NCBI GenBank assembly: GCA_051294375.1
Contig: CM119264.1
Location: forward strand, 15,587,473-15,651,472
Length of the DNA: 64,000 nt
Direction: 5' to 3'
Origin: Paraspadella gotoi
Lineage: Eukaryota; Animalia; Chaetognatha
The position numbers and the translations under genes were made by a program. Shown here piece after piece: positions 1-14,696 of the stretch. The notes beneath the pieces were generated by a model. The model was given only the letters and a program-made list of their open reading frames with translations, ran no database searches and was not told the DNA's origin. Numbering within the stretch: the first letter of the stretch is position 1; every line of letters begins with the position of its first letter.

Positions 1-1097
1 CCTAGCAGATTTAAAAAATCGACAGAATTTTGCGGAAATTTTTTCCGCAAAAACCTGTCGATTGAGAGAAATTAATTTACTGACGCTTCCCCTTTCAATA
101 AAAGAAGGCGGTTTTTTTTAATTTTTCAACTTTAGTATATTTCTCATCTATTAAAACTATAAAATAAGTCAAAAACCGAGTTTTAGTTTAAATAAAACGC
201 ACCTCACAAATCCTCTCAAATTATAAATTAAAAATTAAAAATTTTTTGGCAGCAAAACTATTAAATTTTTTACCCTAATTTTTTAGGTACCAGAAGCACC
301 AACAATTGGGAATATTTGATAAGAATTATGGACATTTTGAAGTATTTTCGTTTAACAAATTGTAATAAAATGTAAAAATGTAAGTTTTTGACTAGTCAAT
401 TTAAAAATTAATTCATAGGCAAACAATAGATGACTAACGGCAAATGAACCAACTCGGAGGTAAAGAAGATAAGGACCCGAAAGCCGGAGTAAAAAATCTT
501 TTTTCAATGATCTTGGCGTTCAAATCTCAAGACAAAAGTCAAAATGGACAAAAATGGACATAATTTTTTTATTAAAAGTGGCAAAAATGATATTGATTCT
601 TGATTAGAAAATGCAGCAGATGATTTCATTTAATCCGTAGTCTAGCCAACTTTGTCTTAGAGTTAAAATTTAATCATTTTTGTTGGTAACATTCTAATAA
701 TATTGAAAAAAGTTTTTTTTTACTAAATTCTTCGTAGAAATCACTGCCCTGAAAATAACAGATAATCTGGATATAGTGACTTGATAATCATGACCTTTTA
801 TGTCTTGCGTAATGGGGGTAGTAAATAAACCCAAAAGATTTAATCATTAAGTCAGTCAATAAAACCATTTCAAATAGGCTGTTCTGCGAAATTTTTTAAT
901 GAAGAAAAAAAATTAGAAAAATGGTTAAGTTTTTTTTAAGCGAGATTTTTGCCTAGGATAGCAATATATAGTATTTTCTGATGTGAGGCACTCTGTTTAA
1001 AATGATTTCTATCCATTTTATTCATATCATATATTCATTATTCATATATTATTAAGTGAGAATAATATTCACAGAAATGGTACAATTTGTTTGACAG

Positions 1098-1205
1098 GTT
1101 CGTGAGATGTGGAGTCGGGGCGAACGCGTCGCCTGCGGTGCGATATCAGAAAACACCCGCATCGTTTTTCGCTCCTCTACTGCCAGCATCTCCATCTTTA
1201 TTCAG
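1098..1205 (+). CDS. DEPDC5: DEPDC5 exon (VREMWSRG...ISIFIQ)
   Basis: cag| acceptor, CAG|gtacag donor; motif [12 protein letters not shown]. Confidence 0.92.
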
Positions 1206-4200
1206 GTACAGGGCTTGAGGAATGAGCTCGTTTTCATCTTCCCTCTGGTTTTTTTCACAAAATTTTGTAATCCCAGATGAGTGTTGAAATGTGGGAGTTC
1301 GATTCCAATGGGGATCTTTATTTCGAAAAGAGCGTTACCGGATTTTTAACGGAACTATTTTCGCGATGGAAAGACGACCACTGCAATCATGACGTCACGA
1401 TCGTATTGTTTTCAAGGAATTTCATTATTGCTACTATTTTTTTAAAAACAAATCTTTGGCAATAATGATAATATTAATAACAGGGTTTTCTATGAAGCCG
1501 AATCTTTGAACGATTTTCCTGCCGATATGCGACACTGTATTTTGCAAAATACAAGCGGAATATTTTATGAAGATTATTATTTAGTACCTGTTCAGAATGA
1601 GAGATACGAGGTAAGTACTTCAATTCATGTGTCTAAATCAGCGGATTTCTAATTTTTTTGCTATTTATCTTTGATTTTAATGAACTTCTGAAAAATTAAA
1701 CAAGTTTGAGCAAACAATGGTCGGATACTGCCTACGATTTAAATTAATTAGATTAATCGATTAATTAATTAATATGACTTAATATGTAATAATTAATTAT
1801 TAATTATATATTCAAACTATATTCATCATCGATTCCTTTAAATGGTTTAGGACAGTTATTAAAATGTTTGTTTACTTTTATCAAAACAAACAAATATCCT
1901 CTATTTTATTTTTTCTCCTCTTCTCTCTCTCTCTTCTCTCTCTCCTCTCTCTCTTTTATTTTATGCAATTGCGACGATCTTTTAATGCTTTTAAGTTTTT
2001 TTTTTTAACTTGCATCATTTTTTCACATGTAATTTAATTTAATTAATTTAATTAATTTAAAACATTATTAGTAATCATTAATATTAAAGATTCAAGTTAA
2101 AATGTGCTAATTTAATGCTGCATTTTTCTTGCTTCTCTCTCTCTCTCTCTTGTGCAATTGCGACGATCCTTATGCTCATTTTCTCTGCCTTCTCTTTCTC
2201 TCTTCTTCTCTCTTTGCAAATTGCGACGATCGGGCTTATGCCTCATTTTCTGCTCTCTCTCTATCTCTCACACACTTTCCTACCCACTTCACAAAATTTC
2301 ATCTCCAATCTATTATGGGCGTTAAAATACGTAAAAAAGACTTTCAAGTAACATGTGGACTTAATATTTTTTATCATTTTAAACTCATTTTTCCACTCGT
2401 ACGTTTTTCCACCGGAAAACTTGTATCATTCAAGGCATCGTTACACATTTTTCTAACCCACACAAAAAATTTTGACACTCATATTCTATTCCATCTAATT
2501 TATGATTAATTAGAGTACTTATTGGTTAAAATAAGTTAAAATATTTTAGTAAATGCGACTTACGTTTTTTCCTCTTAAACTCACACGATTCCGTCGAAAC
2601 TTTATATCCAGCTTTATCACACACTTTACTACCCACACACAAAATTTCATTCCAATCCAGCCAGCCAATCACGAGTTATTGGAGCTTTTTGCTAAGGTGG
2701 GACGGATGGACGGATTGATTGACTGATTAATTAATTATTGATTAATTAATTGACTAATTGATTAATTAACTGATTAATTATTTGATTTATTAATACATCC
2801 TGCATATACATTTAATATAAAAGGAAAACGAATCAATCAATTAGTGAAACAGATTTTTTGTTTTTTTCCATTTAAACTCATTTCCACTAAAAAGATTCCA
2901 TCGAAACTTGGTTTCCTGTTCAATCACACACTTTTCTACTCACATACAAAATTCAGGTCAATCGATAATTAAGTTGTAATAAGCTAACTTGGTCAACTTG
3001 CATAATTTAATCAACTTGCATAATTTGGTCAACTGACATAATTTGGTTAACTGACATAATTTGGTTAACTGACATAATTTGGTTAACTGACATAATTTGG
3101 TTAACTGACATAATTTGGTCTACTGACATAATTTGGTCAACAGGCATAATTTGGTCAACTTGCAGAACTTGATCAACTTGCAGAATTTGGTCAACTGGCA
3201 TAATTTGGTCAACTTTAAGAATTTGGTCAACTGGCATATTTTTGGTCAATCAATCAATCAAAAAATTTATATCCAGCTTTATCACATACTTTCTTTCATT
3301 TAAACTCATTTCCACTCGTACGTTTCCACCGAAAACTTTATATCAAGCATCGTTACACATTTTTCACCCACACAAAAAATATTGAACTCATTCTATCCAT
3401 CCAATTATGATTAATTAGAGTATTTATTTGGTTAATAATAAGTAAAATATTTAGTAAATGCGACTTATGTTTTTTTCCATTAAACTCACTTCCACTCACC
3501 ACGATTTCCGTCGAAACTTTATATTCCAGCTTTATCACCACACTTTCCTACCCACACACAAAATTTCATTTCCAATCCAACCAGGCCAATCACGAGTTAT
3601 TGGAGCTTTTTCTAAGTGGGACGGGATGGACGCGAGTTGATTGACTGACATTAATTAATTAATTGATTAATTAATGACTAATTATTTAATTAACTGATTA
3701 ATTATTTGATTTATTAATACATCCTGCATATACATTTTATAAAGGAAAAAAGAATCATGATCAATTAGTGAAACAGGTTTTTATTTTTTTTCCTTTTAAA
3801 CTCAATTTCCACTCAAAAGATTCCATCGAAACTTGGTTTCCTGTTCAATCACACACTTTTCTACTCACATACAAAATTCCAGGTCAATCGATAATTAAGT
3901 GGTAATAAGCTAACTTGGTCAACTTGCCTAATTTAATCAACTTGCATAATTTGGTCAACTGACTTAATTTGGTTAACTGACATAATTTGGTCTACTGACA
4001 TAATTTGGTCAACTGACATAATTTGGTCTACTGACATAATTTAGGTCAACTGACATAATTTTGATCAATTAGATAATTTGGTCAACGGCATAATTTGGTC
4101 AGCATAATTTGGTCAACAGGCATAATTGGTCAACAGGCATAATTTGTCAAACAGGCATAATTTGTCACACTTGATCAACTTGCAGAATTTGGTCAACTGG

Positions 4201-7200
4201 CATAATTTGGTCAACTTTAAGAATTTGGTCAACTGGCATATTTGGTCAATCAATCAATCAGAGAGAGATAGAGAGAGAGAAACTTTAAAAAATTCAAATA
4301 AATGTGTCTTTTGATTTTCTAAATTTGAACTCTTTTCCACTCCTACGATTCCATAAAAAATTTATATCCAGGCATATCACATACTTTCCTACCCACACAC
4401 AAAATTCAATTTCGATTTATCTATCCAATTTTTAATAAACATAATAATTATAAATAAATTTAAGTAAAATACTTCAAGTAAATATGACTTTTTGTTTTCC
4501 ATTTTTAACTCATTTCCACTCGCACGATTCCATCGAAACTTTAAATCCAGCTCAATCCACAGTTTCCTACCCACACACAAAAATTTATCATACCAATCCT
4601 CCATCCAATCACGAGTAATTGGAAGTTTTTTGCTAAGGTGGACGGCGACGGCGAGCGGGACGGACATCGTTTTTTTTGCATAATTAATCATAATTCGATG
4701 TTTCTGACATTGATATAAGTGTGTGCCCGACAATATTGAGGGGCGGACCGACGGACCGACAAAGTGAGTTATAGAGTCGGATCTGCTGATAAGCAGATCC
4801 GACTAAAAAAAAAGAAATCAAAAGGCAGCAGCAGAAGAAGCAGGAGAAAAGAGAGAAAAAAGAATAAGCCCCTGCAGAGCCAGCTGCAGACTCGTTTTTT
4901 CCCCCTATGATTATGAATCGTGACTAGGCAAAAGAGAGAGGAGAGAGACATGTAATTAAAAGTGAAAGAGAGAGAGAAAGAAATATAAAAATAAAAGAGA
5001 AAATTTGTTTGTTTTTGATAAAATGTAAACAAAACATATTTAATAACTGTCCAGACTCAATTTTAAGCACATCGATGATGAGAAGCTGTATATAAATTTT
5101 CAGCTTCATACACCCAAATTTAATCAGAAAAAAGGCGATCTATAATTTGGGAACGCCGACGACGACGCCACTTATGGGCAAAAGCAATACAATATCGTCC
5201 ACGCGTTCTTTGTATAGGAGGAAAAAGAAAATGGAATTTTACTTGCCATCTCTGAATGATAAAAACCTGAAAGGTTGCTGTCTGGACAAGAGGCTTAGGC
5301 TAAGTCGAAAAATTTGTCCAAACTCAGTTTTTTTTTTAAATTGCAGTTGAAGTTGGTAAGTTAATTTTTTGAGAAAATTTGATAACTTTTGCTTACTAAT
5401 TTTTGCCAAAATTTAGACTCAATCAAACATCTCTATGTCAAACGATATCAGTAAACCGAGAGCTTTAATTTAAGACCACTCCCAACTTTCTCCGACTTTT
5501 GGTTAAAAAGTTATTATCAAAATATATTATTTTTTCTTTTAAAAAGTAATGGAATGGTGAGTATTTATTGAGAATATAATAAGACTTTTAATCTAAAAAA
5601 TTGAGGATACCAACGAGTTCTTATAGACAGTCTTCTTTCAATTAATTCATAAATAAAATTTTTCTTTCAAGCTTAAATATAGGTACACTTATCCCCAAAA
5701 ATTTAAAAAAATATAATTAAATTTGTAATAATTTACCATAATGATTTTATATAATTTTACTTAATATATATGGACTAGAAACTATAGGATGTGACCTTCA
5801 TTTTGAGCTATGTGCCAACTCTTTACGATTAAATATTTTATTGATACATACCAAAAAAAGCCCTAAAAATCTTTTAAAAATGTAATTTTTAATTTATTTT
5901 AAGTCATTATCTCAGTGCATATATAACTTATTTTAAGTCAAATGATTTTATTCAGCAGATTAAAGTGTAAGGCACATATTAAATACCATTAGTTTGTATT
6001 ATTTTATCATAATTTAATCAGGAAACTTAATTTTCAGCCAATTTTTAACCAAATTTACCTATACTTTTGATTTTTACAGCAACAAAGTACTAAAACAGGT
6101 AAATAAAAATTGATGATAAAATCTGTAAGCCAAAAGACCTTAGAAGGTATTATATAGGTTTTAAAAATTTTTCTCATAAAGATTTAATGATATAAGGACA
6201 ATAAAAAAATAAAAAATTATATATATAAATTAAAGATTGAAGAAAAATAATGATATTACAGTTAGTTTTTTCTTATTTATCATGATTCTATATTATAAAA
6301 AGATAGCCATATTCTTAAACCACTAATTATTAAAAGTTTTATTTTACTTAAAAGAGTAGGTAAATTTTTTAAAAAAATTATATTATATAAAACATATTTC
6401 CTACACTCTAAACAATCACAACTTCATACCATAATTCTCACTTCTATTACAGATATAATAGCTACAACCACCTACTTATGACTACTATATGATATCTATT
6501 TAAAATATATTATAATTATAATAACAACCATGATAACAATATTGACCAAACAATTATAATGACCCAAAAAAAAATTATTCCCACACCAAACACAAAAACC
6601 TCAACCACTGAGACCCCGTACATACCACGACTACTACTACAAGCACTACAATAATCATAAAAACTAACTGTAATATCATTATTTTCTTGCAATCTTTAAT
6701 TTATATATATAATTTTTTTATTTTTTTATTGTCCTTAATATCATTAAATCTTTATGAGAAAAATTTTTTAAACCTATATAATACCTTCTAAGGTCTTTTG
6801 GCTTACAGATTTTATCATCAATTTTTATACCGTGCTTTTAGTACTTTGTTGCTGTAAAATCAAAAGTATATGTAAATTTGTTTAAAAATTGGCTGAAAAT
6901 TAAGTGTCCTGATTAAATAGATAAAATAATACAACTAATGGTATATAATATGTGCCTTAAACTTTAATCTGCTGAATAAAATCATTTGACTTAAAATAAG
7001 TTATATATTGCACTGAGATATGACTTAAATAAATTAAAATATACATTTTAAAAGATTTTTTAGGGCTTTTTTTGGTAGTACCTCAATAAACATATTATCG
7101 TAAAGATTGTTGGCAATAGGCTCAAAATGAAGGTCACATCCTATAGTTTCTAGGTCCATATATATTAAGTCAAAATTATTATAAAATCATTATTGGTAAA

Positions 7201-10200
7201 TTATTTACAAGATTTAATTTATATTTTTTAAATTTTTTGGGGGAATAATGTACCTATAATTTAAGCTTGAAGAAAAAATTTATTTTATGAATTAATTGAA
7301 AGAAGACTGTCTATAGAACTCGTTGGTATCCTCAATTTTTTAGAGATTAAAGTCTTATTATATTCTCAATAATACTCACCATTCCATTCTTTTTTAAAGA
7401 AAAAATAATATATTTTGATTAATAACTTTTTAACCAAAAGTCGATTCTCCTTTTNNNNNNNNNNNNNNNNNNNNNNNNNNNNNNNNNNNNNNNNNNNNNN
7501 NNNNNNNNNNNNNNNNNNNNNNNNNNNNNNNNNNNNNNNNNNNNNNNNNNNNNNNNNNNNNNNNNNNNNNNNNNNNNNNNNNNNNNNNNNNNNNNNNNNN
7601 NNNNNNNNNNNNNNNNNNNNNNNNNNNNNNNNNNNNNNNNNNNNNNNNNNNNNNNNNNNNNNNNNNNNNNNNNNNNNNNNNNNNNNNNNNNNNNNNNNNN
7701 NNNNNNNNNNNNNNNNNNNNNNNNNNNNNNNNNNNNNNNNNNNNNNNNNNNNNNNNNNNNNNNNNNNAAAAATATGAGTCACATTTACTTGAATCTTTTT
7801 ACTTACTTTCCTACAAAATTTCATGTCAATCTATTATGGGTTAAAATGTGTGAAGAAGCGAGATATAAAGTTTTGACGGAATTGTGCCAGTGGAAATGAG
7901 TTTAAATGGAAAAAACATAAGTCACATTTACTTGAATCTTTATTATTTATGATTTCTAATTTATGATAACTAATAAATATTTTAATTATTTAATTAATTA
8001 ATTTAATTTTTTAATATTTATTTATAGATAGGAAAGGCCAAAAATTTTTTTGAGAATTTTTAAATTTTAAGACCAGATTCAGATAGCTTATAACAAGTTT
8101 GAGCAAACAATGTCGGATCTGCCTACAATAATTAATTAATTAATTAATCGATTAATTAATTAATTATCGTATTATTGTATTATTATTGTTTGCTCAAACT
8201 TGTTAAAAAAAAAAATGAATGAGGATTGAACTTGTAAAATTAGGCTTCGCATTTGTGCATGTTATCATTTTGCTATCGCAACATCGCGTTTTTATTTCGT
8301 TATTTCTTCTCGTCACTCTCTCTTTATTTTTATTTTTCTTTCTTTCCTTTCTATTCCTTCTTTCCTTTTTATTCCTTCTTTCCTTTCTATTCCTTCTTTC
8401 CTTTCTATTCCTTCTTTCCTTTCTATTCCTTCTTTCCTTTCTATTCCTTCTTTCCTTTCTATTCCTTCTTTCCTTTCTATTCCTTATTTCCTTTCTATTC
8501 TTTCCTTCCTTTCTATTTTCTTTCCTTTATATTCTTTCTTTTCTTTCTCTCCTTTCTTTCCTATCTATTCTTTTCTTCTTTTTCTTTGTTTATAAATTAA
8601 TTTGATTTTTTTAGTATGAAAATTTGTCGTCAATCCAGATTTTTCTTATGCGATTGCGACGATCCTGATGCTTTTAAGATAAGGAGAATGTAAAAATTAA
8701 AAATAAAAATTACCAATAGTTGTCTAGAATATATGGGGGGGGAAAAAACCTAGTTTAAAAATATGATTGGGAAGTTTGGTAACTAAGACATCCTCCATTG
8801 AAAGTGAAAAAAAAATCGGAATGCAGCTAGTGTAAAGAGATAATATGGACATAATTGTGGATAAGGCGCTACGTGGGCTGAAGATGACTGTCCGTAACTT
8901 CTATATTCAAATCTATAACCATTAACCACCTCAAGCAGCCATGGAACGGGTCCCTGGACTTGGAAACGGGCTTGAGGTTTTGCCATGCTCCCAAGGCGGC
9001 TTACGGCCGTCCTCACGCTTCCCGCAGGTTAGGTACCGGGTTATGGGATTGAACCCGGTACCTAGTGGTCATAAGCTGAAGGCTTTACTCAATGAGCCAC
9101 CGGGTCACGACTGAAAGTGTCATGCTTTTAGGCGGGGTGAAATTATGTAATGCCCAACTACATAATGACCTTTTATGTCTTGTATAATGGAGGCAGTAAA
9201 GAAACCTAAAAAATTCAATCATTAAGTCAGTCAATGAACCCTTTCCTATTAGCTATTAAGCGAAAAAATTTTTTCTTAATTAAAGTGGATGATAAATAAT
9301 AGAAATAAATTTCCTGTTATATTTAAAAGAAAATTATCAATACAATTTAACACAATGTCTTGCTTTGTAAAAAAAGTAATTTTTTAAAGTTTTATTTTGA
9401 TAAACAAGCAGTGTGTCAAGCTTTTTGTTGCAGTTGAAGATAATGAAAACGTCCAGACTGTTTATAGAGTTAAGCACTGGGGAACCTAAATTTTATTTGA
9501 GTGAACAAACAAAGATATTTAGATGTGATATAGTATAATTAAGAAGTACAAAAAATATTTTGCTTATATTGTTTGGGCAACATTATCATTAATTACACTA
9601 TATTTATAGTAATATCCTTATAAAATCATATTTTTTTTAAATATTTTTAAAAAAAATTTTATTGAAGATTGTGATTCTTCATAAAAAGTTAGATCATAAA
9701 TCTAATATATGTTATTAAAAATTTCAATGTCTTCAGCGTCAAAAATGAGGAAAAAAAGGCCAAATTCTCCACTTTTTCATGCTCTGTAGTAAAAACTATC
9801 ATATGATGAAACGTTTTGTTCATTTTTCGCAGCTTTAATCTAAAAATATCATATAACATATTTTACAAAAGTTTTTCATTTTTTTCCGGCGAATCCAAAA
9901 CTTCTTAAAATTAAAAAAATATGATTTTGAAATTTTATGATTTTATAAGGATATTACTATTAAGAAAATTCAATTAATGATACTGTTAAGCCAAATTTTT
10001 TTAAAGAAAGGATTAATTATTTTTATTACATATACAAAGGCCCCAAACAAACATTGTTCCGTCTCTCAATCTTTTCATCACTCCACCCTACTGTTTATAT
10101 CAAGCAGAAAACATTTTTGTATTTATTATTTTTCATATTTAAAAAGACATTTTATCAAGCTACTACAACAATTTTTGCTTGCTTTTTACTTTAATTGAAA

Positions 10201-13200
10201 AATACAAGCAAATTTATGGAGTCAAGTTTTTTCGGTAAATAGAGAAATAAAAATTTCGCCAAACACTTCCGGTCCCTACTTATGGTTTAAGAAATCAGAG
10301 AAAGGTTTCCTATTTTTAGTCGGTTCTGCTTTCAGCAGATCCCGACTCTATAATTCACTTTGTCGGTCCGCCCCTCAATCTTGTCGGGCATTCACTTATA
10401 TCATGTCAGAACATCGAATTATGATAAATTATGCAAAAAAAAGATATCCGTCCGTCCGTCCCACCTTAGCAAAAAACACCAATTACTGGATGGATTGGAA
10501 TGAAATTTTGTGTGTGGGTAGGGAAGTGTGTGATTGAGCTGGATATGAAGTTTCGATGGAATCGTCCGAGTGGAAATGAGTTTAAATTAAAAAAAAAAAA
10601 AAAAAAATTTCACTATTTGAACACCAATTACTCATGAATGGATGGGCCGATTGACTTAAAATTTTTTATTTTGGTAGAAATGTGTGTGATTAAACTGGAA
10701 ATCAAGTTTTGATGGAATTGTTTGAGTGGAAATGAATTTAAATGGAAAAAACAAAGAACCTGTTTCACGAATTGATTATGCTTCTTTTTCTATTTATTTT
10801 AACTGTAAATGCAAGATGTATTAATTAATCAAATAATTAATCAGTTAATTAGTCAATTAATTAATCAGTAATTAATTAATCAGTTAATTAATCAATCAAA
10901 AGAAACATTTTTGATCAAATTAATTATTTAATTACATTTAATAAATTAATTATTAATTAAATAATTAATTAATTACCATAATGATCGTGGGCAGATCCGA
11001 CGTTTGCTCAAACTTGTTTTTAGTCGGATCTGCTTTCAGCACTTTGTTGGTCCGTCGGTCCGCCCCCTCAATCTTGTCGGGCATTCACTTACATCATGTC
11101 AGAACATCAAATTATGATAAATTATGCAAAAAAAAGATATCCGTCCGTCCCACCTTAGCAAAAAGCTCCAATAACTCGTGATTGGGTGGTTGGATTGGAA
11201 TGAAATTTTGTGTGTGGGTAGGAAAGTGTGTGATGAAGCTAGATATAAAGTTTTGACAGAATTGGGCCAGTGTAAATGAGTATAAATGGAAAAAACATAA
11301 GTCACATTTACTTGAATCTTTATTATTTATTAATACTAATAAATTTTTTAATTAATTAATTAATTTGAAAAAATGATGCGAGTTGAAAAAATGATGCGAG
11401 TTGAAAAAATGATGCGAGTTGAAAAATGATGCGAGTTGAAAAAATGTATGCGAGTTGAAAAAATAGATGCGAGTTGAAAAATATGTGGCGAGTTGAAAAT
11501 GATGCGAGTTGAAAAAATGATGCGAGTTGAAAAAATGATGCGAGTGAAAAAATGATGCGAGTTGAAAAAATTGATGCGAGTTGAAAAATGATGCGGAGTT
11601 GAAAAAATGATGGCGAGTTGAAAAAAATGAATTGCGAGTTGAAAAAATGATGCGAGTTTGAAAAATGATGCGAGTTGAAATGATGCGAGTTGAAAAAATG
11701 ATGCGATTGAAATAGGCGAGTTGAAAAAATTGATGCGAGTTGAAAAAATGATGCGAGTTGAAAAAATGATGGCGAGTTGAAAAAATGATGCGAGTTGAAA
11801 AATATGCGAGTTGAAAAAATGATGCGAGTTGAAAAAATGATGCGAGTTGAAAAAATGATGCGAGTTGAAAAAAATGATGCGAGTTGAAAAAATGATGCGA
11901 GTTGAAAAAATGATGCGAGTTGAAAATGATGCAGTTGAAATGATGCGAGTTGAAAAAATGATGCGAGTTGAAAAAGATGATATGATGCGAGTTGAAAAAA
12001 TGATGCGAGTTGAAAAAAATGATGGCGAGTTGAAAAAATGATGCGAGTTGAAAAAATGATGCCGAGTTTGAAAAAATGATGCGAGTTGAAAAAATGATGC
12101 GAGTTGAAAAAATGATGCGAGGTTGAAAAATGAATGCGATTGAAAATGATGCGAGTTGAAAAAATGATGGGTCGAGTTGAAAAAATGATGCGAGTTGAAA
12201 AAATGATGCGAGTTGAAAAAATGCGAGTTGAAAAAATGGCGAGTTGAAAAAAATGATGCGATGTTGAAAAAATGATGCGAGTGATGCGAGTTGAAAAAAT
12301 ATGCGAGTTGAAAAAATGATGCGAGTGAAGATGCGAGTTGAAAAATGATGCGAGTTGAAAAATGATGCGAGTTGAAAAAATGATGCGAGTTGAAAAAAAT
12401 TTAAAAAAATATTGTGATTTATCATCTGATTTGCTGATTACGCGTTAATTATCGTAAGACAGATCCGACATTGTTGGGCTTCAAACTTGTTTAAATACTA
12501 GCGCCTTAGAAATCTTAAGAAAAATTTTATTCTGACAAATTTGGCCTTAGGAATTTAAAAACGGTTTTTTGCATGTGAATATTACCATCAAGCATCATCC
12601 TCCATGAACCTGCATAAAAATAAATTCTCGAATTAAAATTAAGTCTCGAATGAGGTATCTGTTTCATGCCGTTTTTTTGCTAATTCATATTAAGGACTGG
12701 TCGCCTGCGTTGGTTGTTTTGAAAAAGCTCTTTCATAGCTGGAAAGATAAAATTTATCGTCATCATCGTGACTCGTTCAGCAATTTTTCTGTTCCAATCG
12801 CTCACCTGTCTAATGCTGCGCAAGGAAACTATCTTGAAGTTCTCAATATAAGTCTCAACTTATACGACAAGAGCTATATAGACAGAATATTCGATCACAC
12901 AGGTACTTGGCATAAATGGATACGCCTTGATATGGAACCAAATGGCTTTCATTGAGTAACTTCCCAGGACAAGTGACGATCGTCCTGACAGCTGGTTCTG
13001 GCGTTTTTGAAGTGGAAAGAGATCTCGCTCATCTTACTAAACAAAGGCATGTAGGGTTTGTTTCTGTTTTAATTCTATAGTGCAGTTTAAAATGTTCAAA
13101 AGTAAACTGAACAGCGGAACTAGTTGAAAACTAAGAGTTTTGTAATATACAGTGTAGTGAATCAAAACTTATAATAGAATTTATCATTAGATTTCATTGA

Positions 13201-14655
13201 CAAATAATCATTGAACTTTATTTTATAATACATCTAAATGAGGTTTTCTCTTTCTGGTATATGTTTTATTTTTTTCATTCTCGAACAATACTCCATGGTA
13301 CCGAGAAGAAAGCAATATTGGTTGAATTCGCTCTGCGCCGGATTTAAGCTTAAAACCACTACTAAATATGTTAACATTCCCTCGCAGTATATAATATTAA
13401 TATATGTAATATTAAGAAGGCTATTAGAATAGAAATAACTAGTATTCAAGGTCGGGAAACCATGCATTAAAGCCTAGTCGATCAGAGCTATATATAAGGG
13501 AGCTGCAAGCAACAAATGCAGCATACCCAAAACCAACAATATGCGTGCAGGTAGTTGCTTTCTATGCTAAAAGGAAAATGATAAAAAGAGCAAATGAAGA
13601 ACTCAATTTAAAAAATATTTACTGAAACATCTTATCTTTACTACCCTAAGCTGCAACAGTTTGAGAAGATATTTTTATCCTTGATTACTAAAAGCAATTT
13701 TAAAAAGATGTAAAAATTTATTTTTTCTTAAGTTCGCACTCTGCACTATGGCTGAGTGCAATCTCTGTAAGCTTGTGAAAACAATAAATAATGTAGTTGG
13801 GACTATGTATAAAATATTAAGTTAATAGCATAAAAACGAAAGCGAAAAACCATTTCAATATGTATGCTAGCGTGCATCAATTTAAGGTCCAAAAAGAAAA
13901 TTACAAAATACATTGGGCAAAAACCATTTTTTGTCGTAAACCATTGAATTGCTATTTTTCTGCTAATAAAATCCCTGGAACTATATACTATCCATTAACT
14001 GTTAAAACCTTAATTGCACTAAACTTTAATCTCATTAGAGTCGAAAAATCGGTTTTTCGGCTCCAGGGATTTTATTAGCAGAAAAATGCCAGTTATCGAA
14101 TATCAACTCAATGCCTTGACAAAAAACGGATTTTGGTCCAATGTATTTTGCAATTTTCTTTTTATCATCGCAATCGCTTAGCGTTTGCAACGATATTGTA
14201 ACGCTTTTGCTCATAAGTGGCGTCGTCGTCGGCGTTGTCGTCGGCGTTCCAAATTATAGATCGCCTTTTTTATGATTAAATTTGGGTGTATGAAGCTGAA
14301 AATTTATATACAGCTTCTCATCATTGATGTGCTTAAAATTGAGTCTGGACAGTTATTAAATGTTTTGTTTACGTTTTATCATAAGCAAATTTTATTGCTT
14401 TTATTTTTATATTTCTTTCTCTCTCTCTCTTTTCTCTTTTAATTACATGTCTCTCTCCCTCTCTCTTTTCCCTAGTCACTGATTCATAAACAAAGGGGAA
14501 AAAACGAGTCTGCAGCTGGCTCCGCAGGGGCGTATTCTTTTCTCTTTTTTCTCCTGCTCCTTCTGCCTTTTGATTTCTTTATCTGCAGCTGGCTCTGCAG
14601 GGGCTCTTTCTTTTTCTCTCTTTTCTACTGCTGCTTCTGCTGCTGCCTTTTGATT

Positions 14656-14696
<41 letters not shown>

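Noticed and set aside
2985-4250. CRISPR-like periodic arrays
   Set aside because: Contiguous tandem units with no unique spacers; eukaryotic intron; no cas genes
11352-12425. 357-aa ORF
   Set aside because: Translation of the 18-bp satellite; no protein signal
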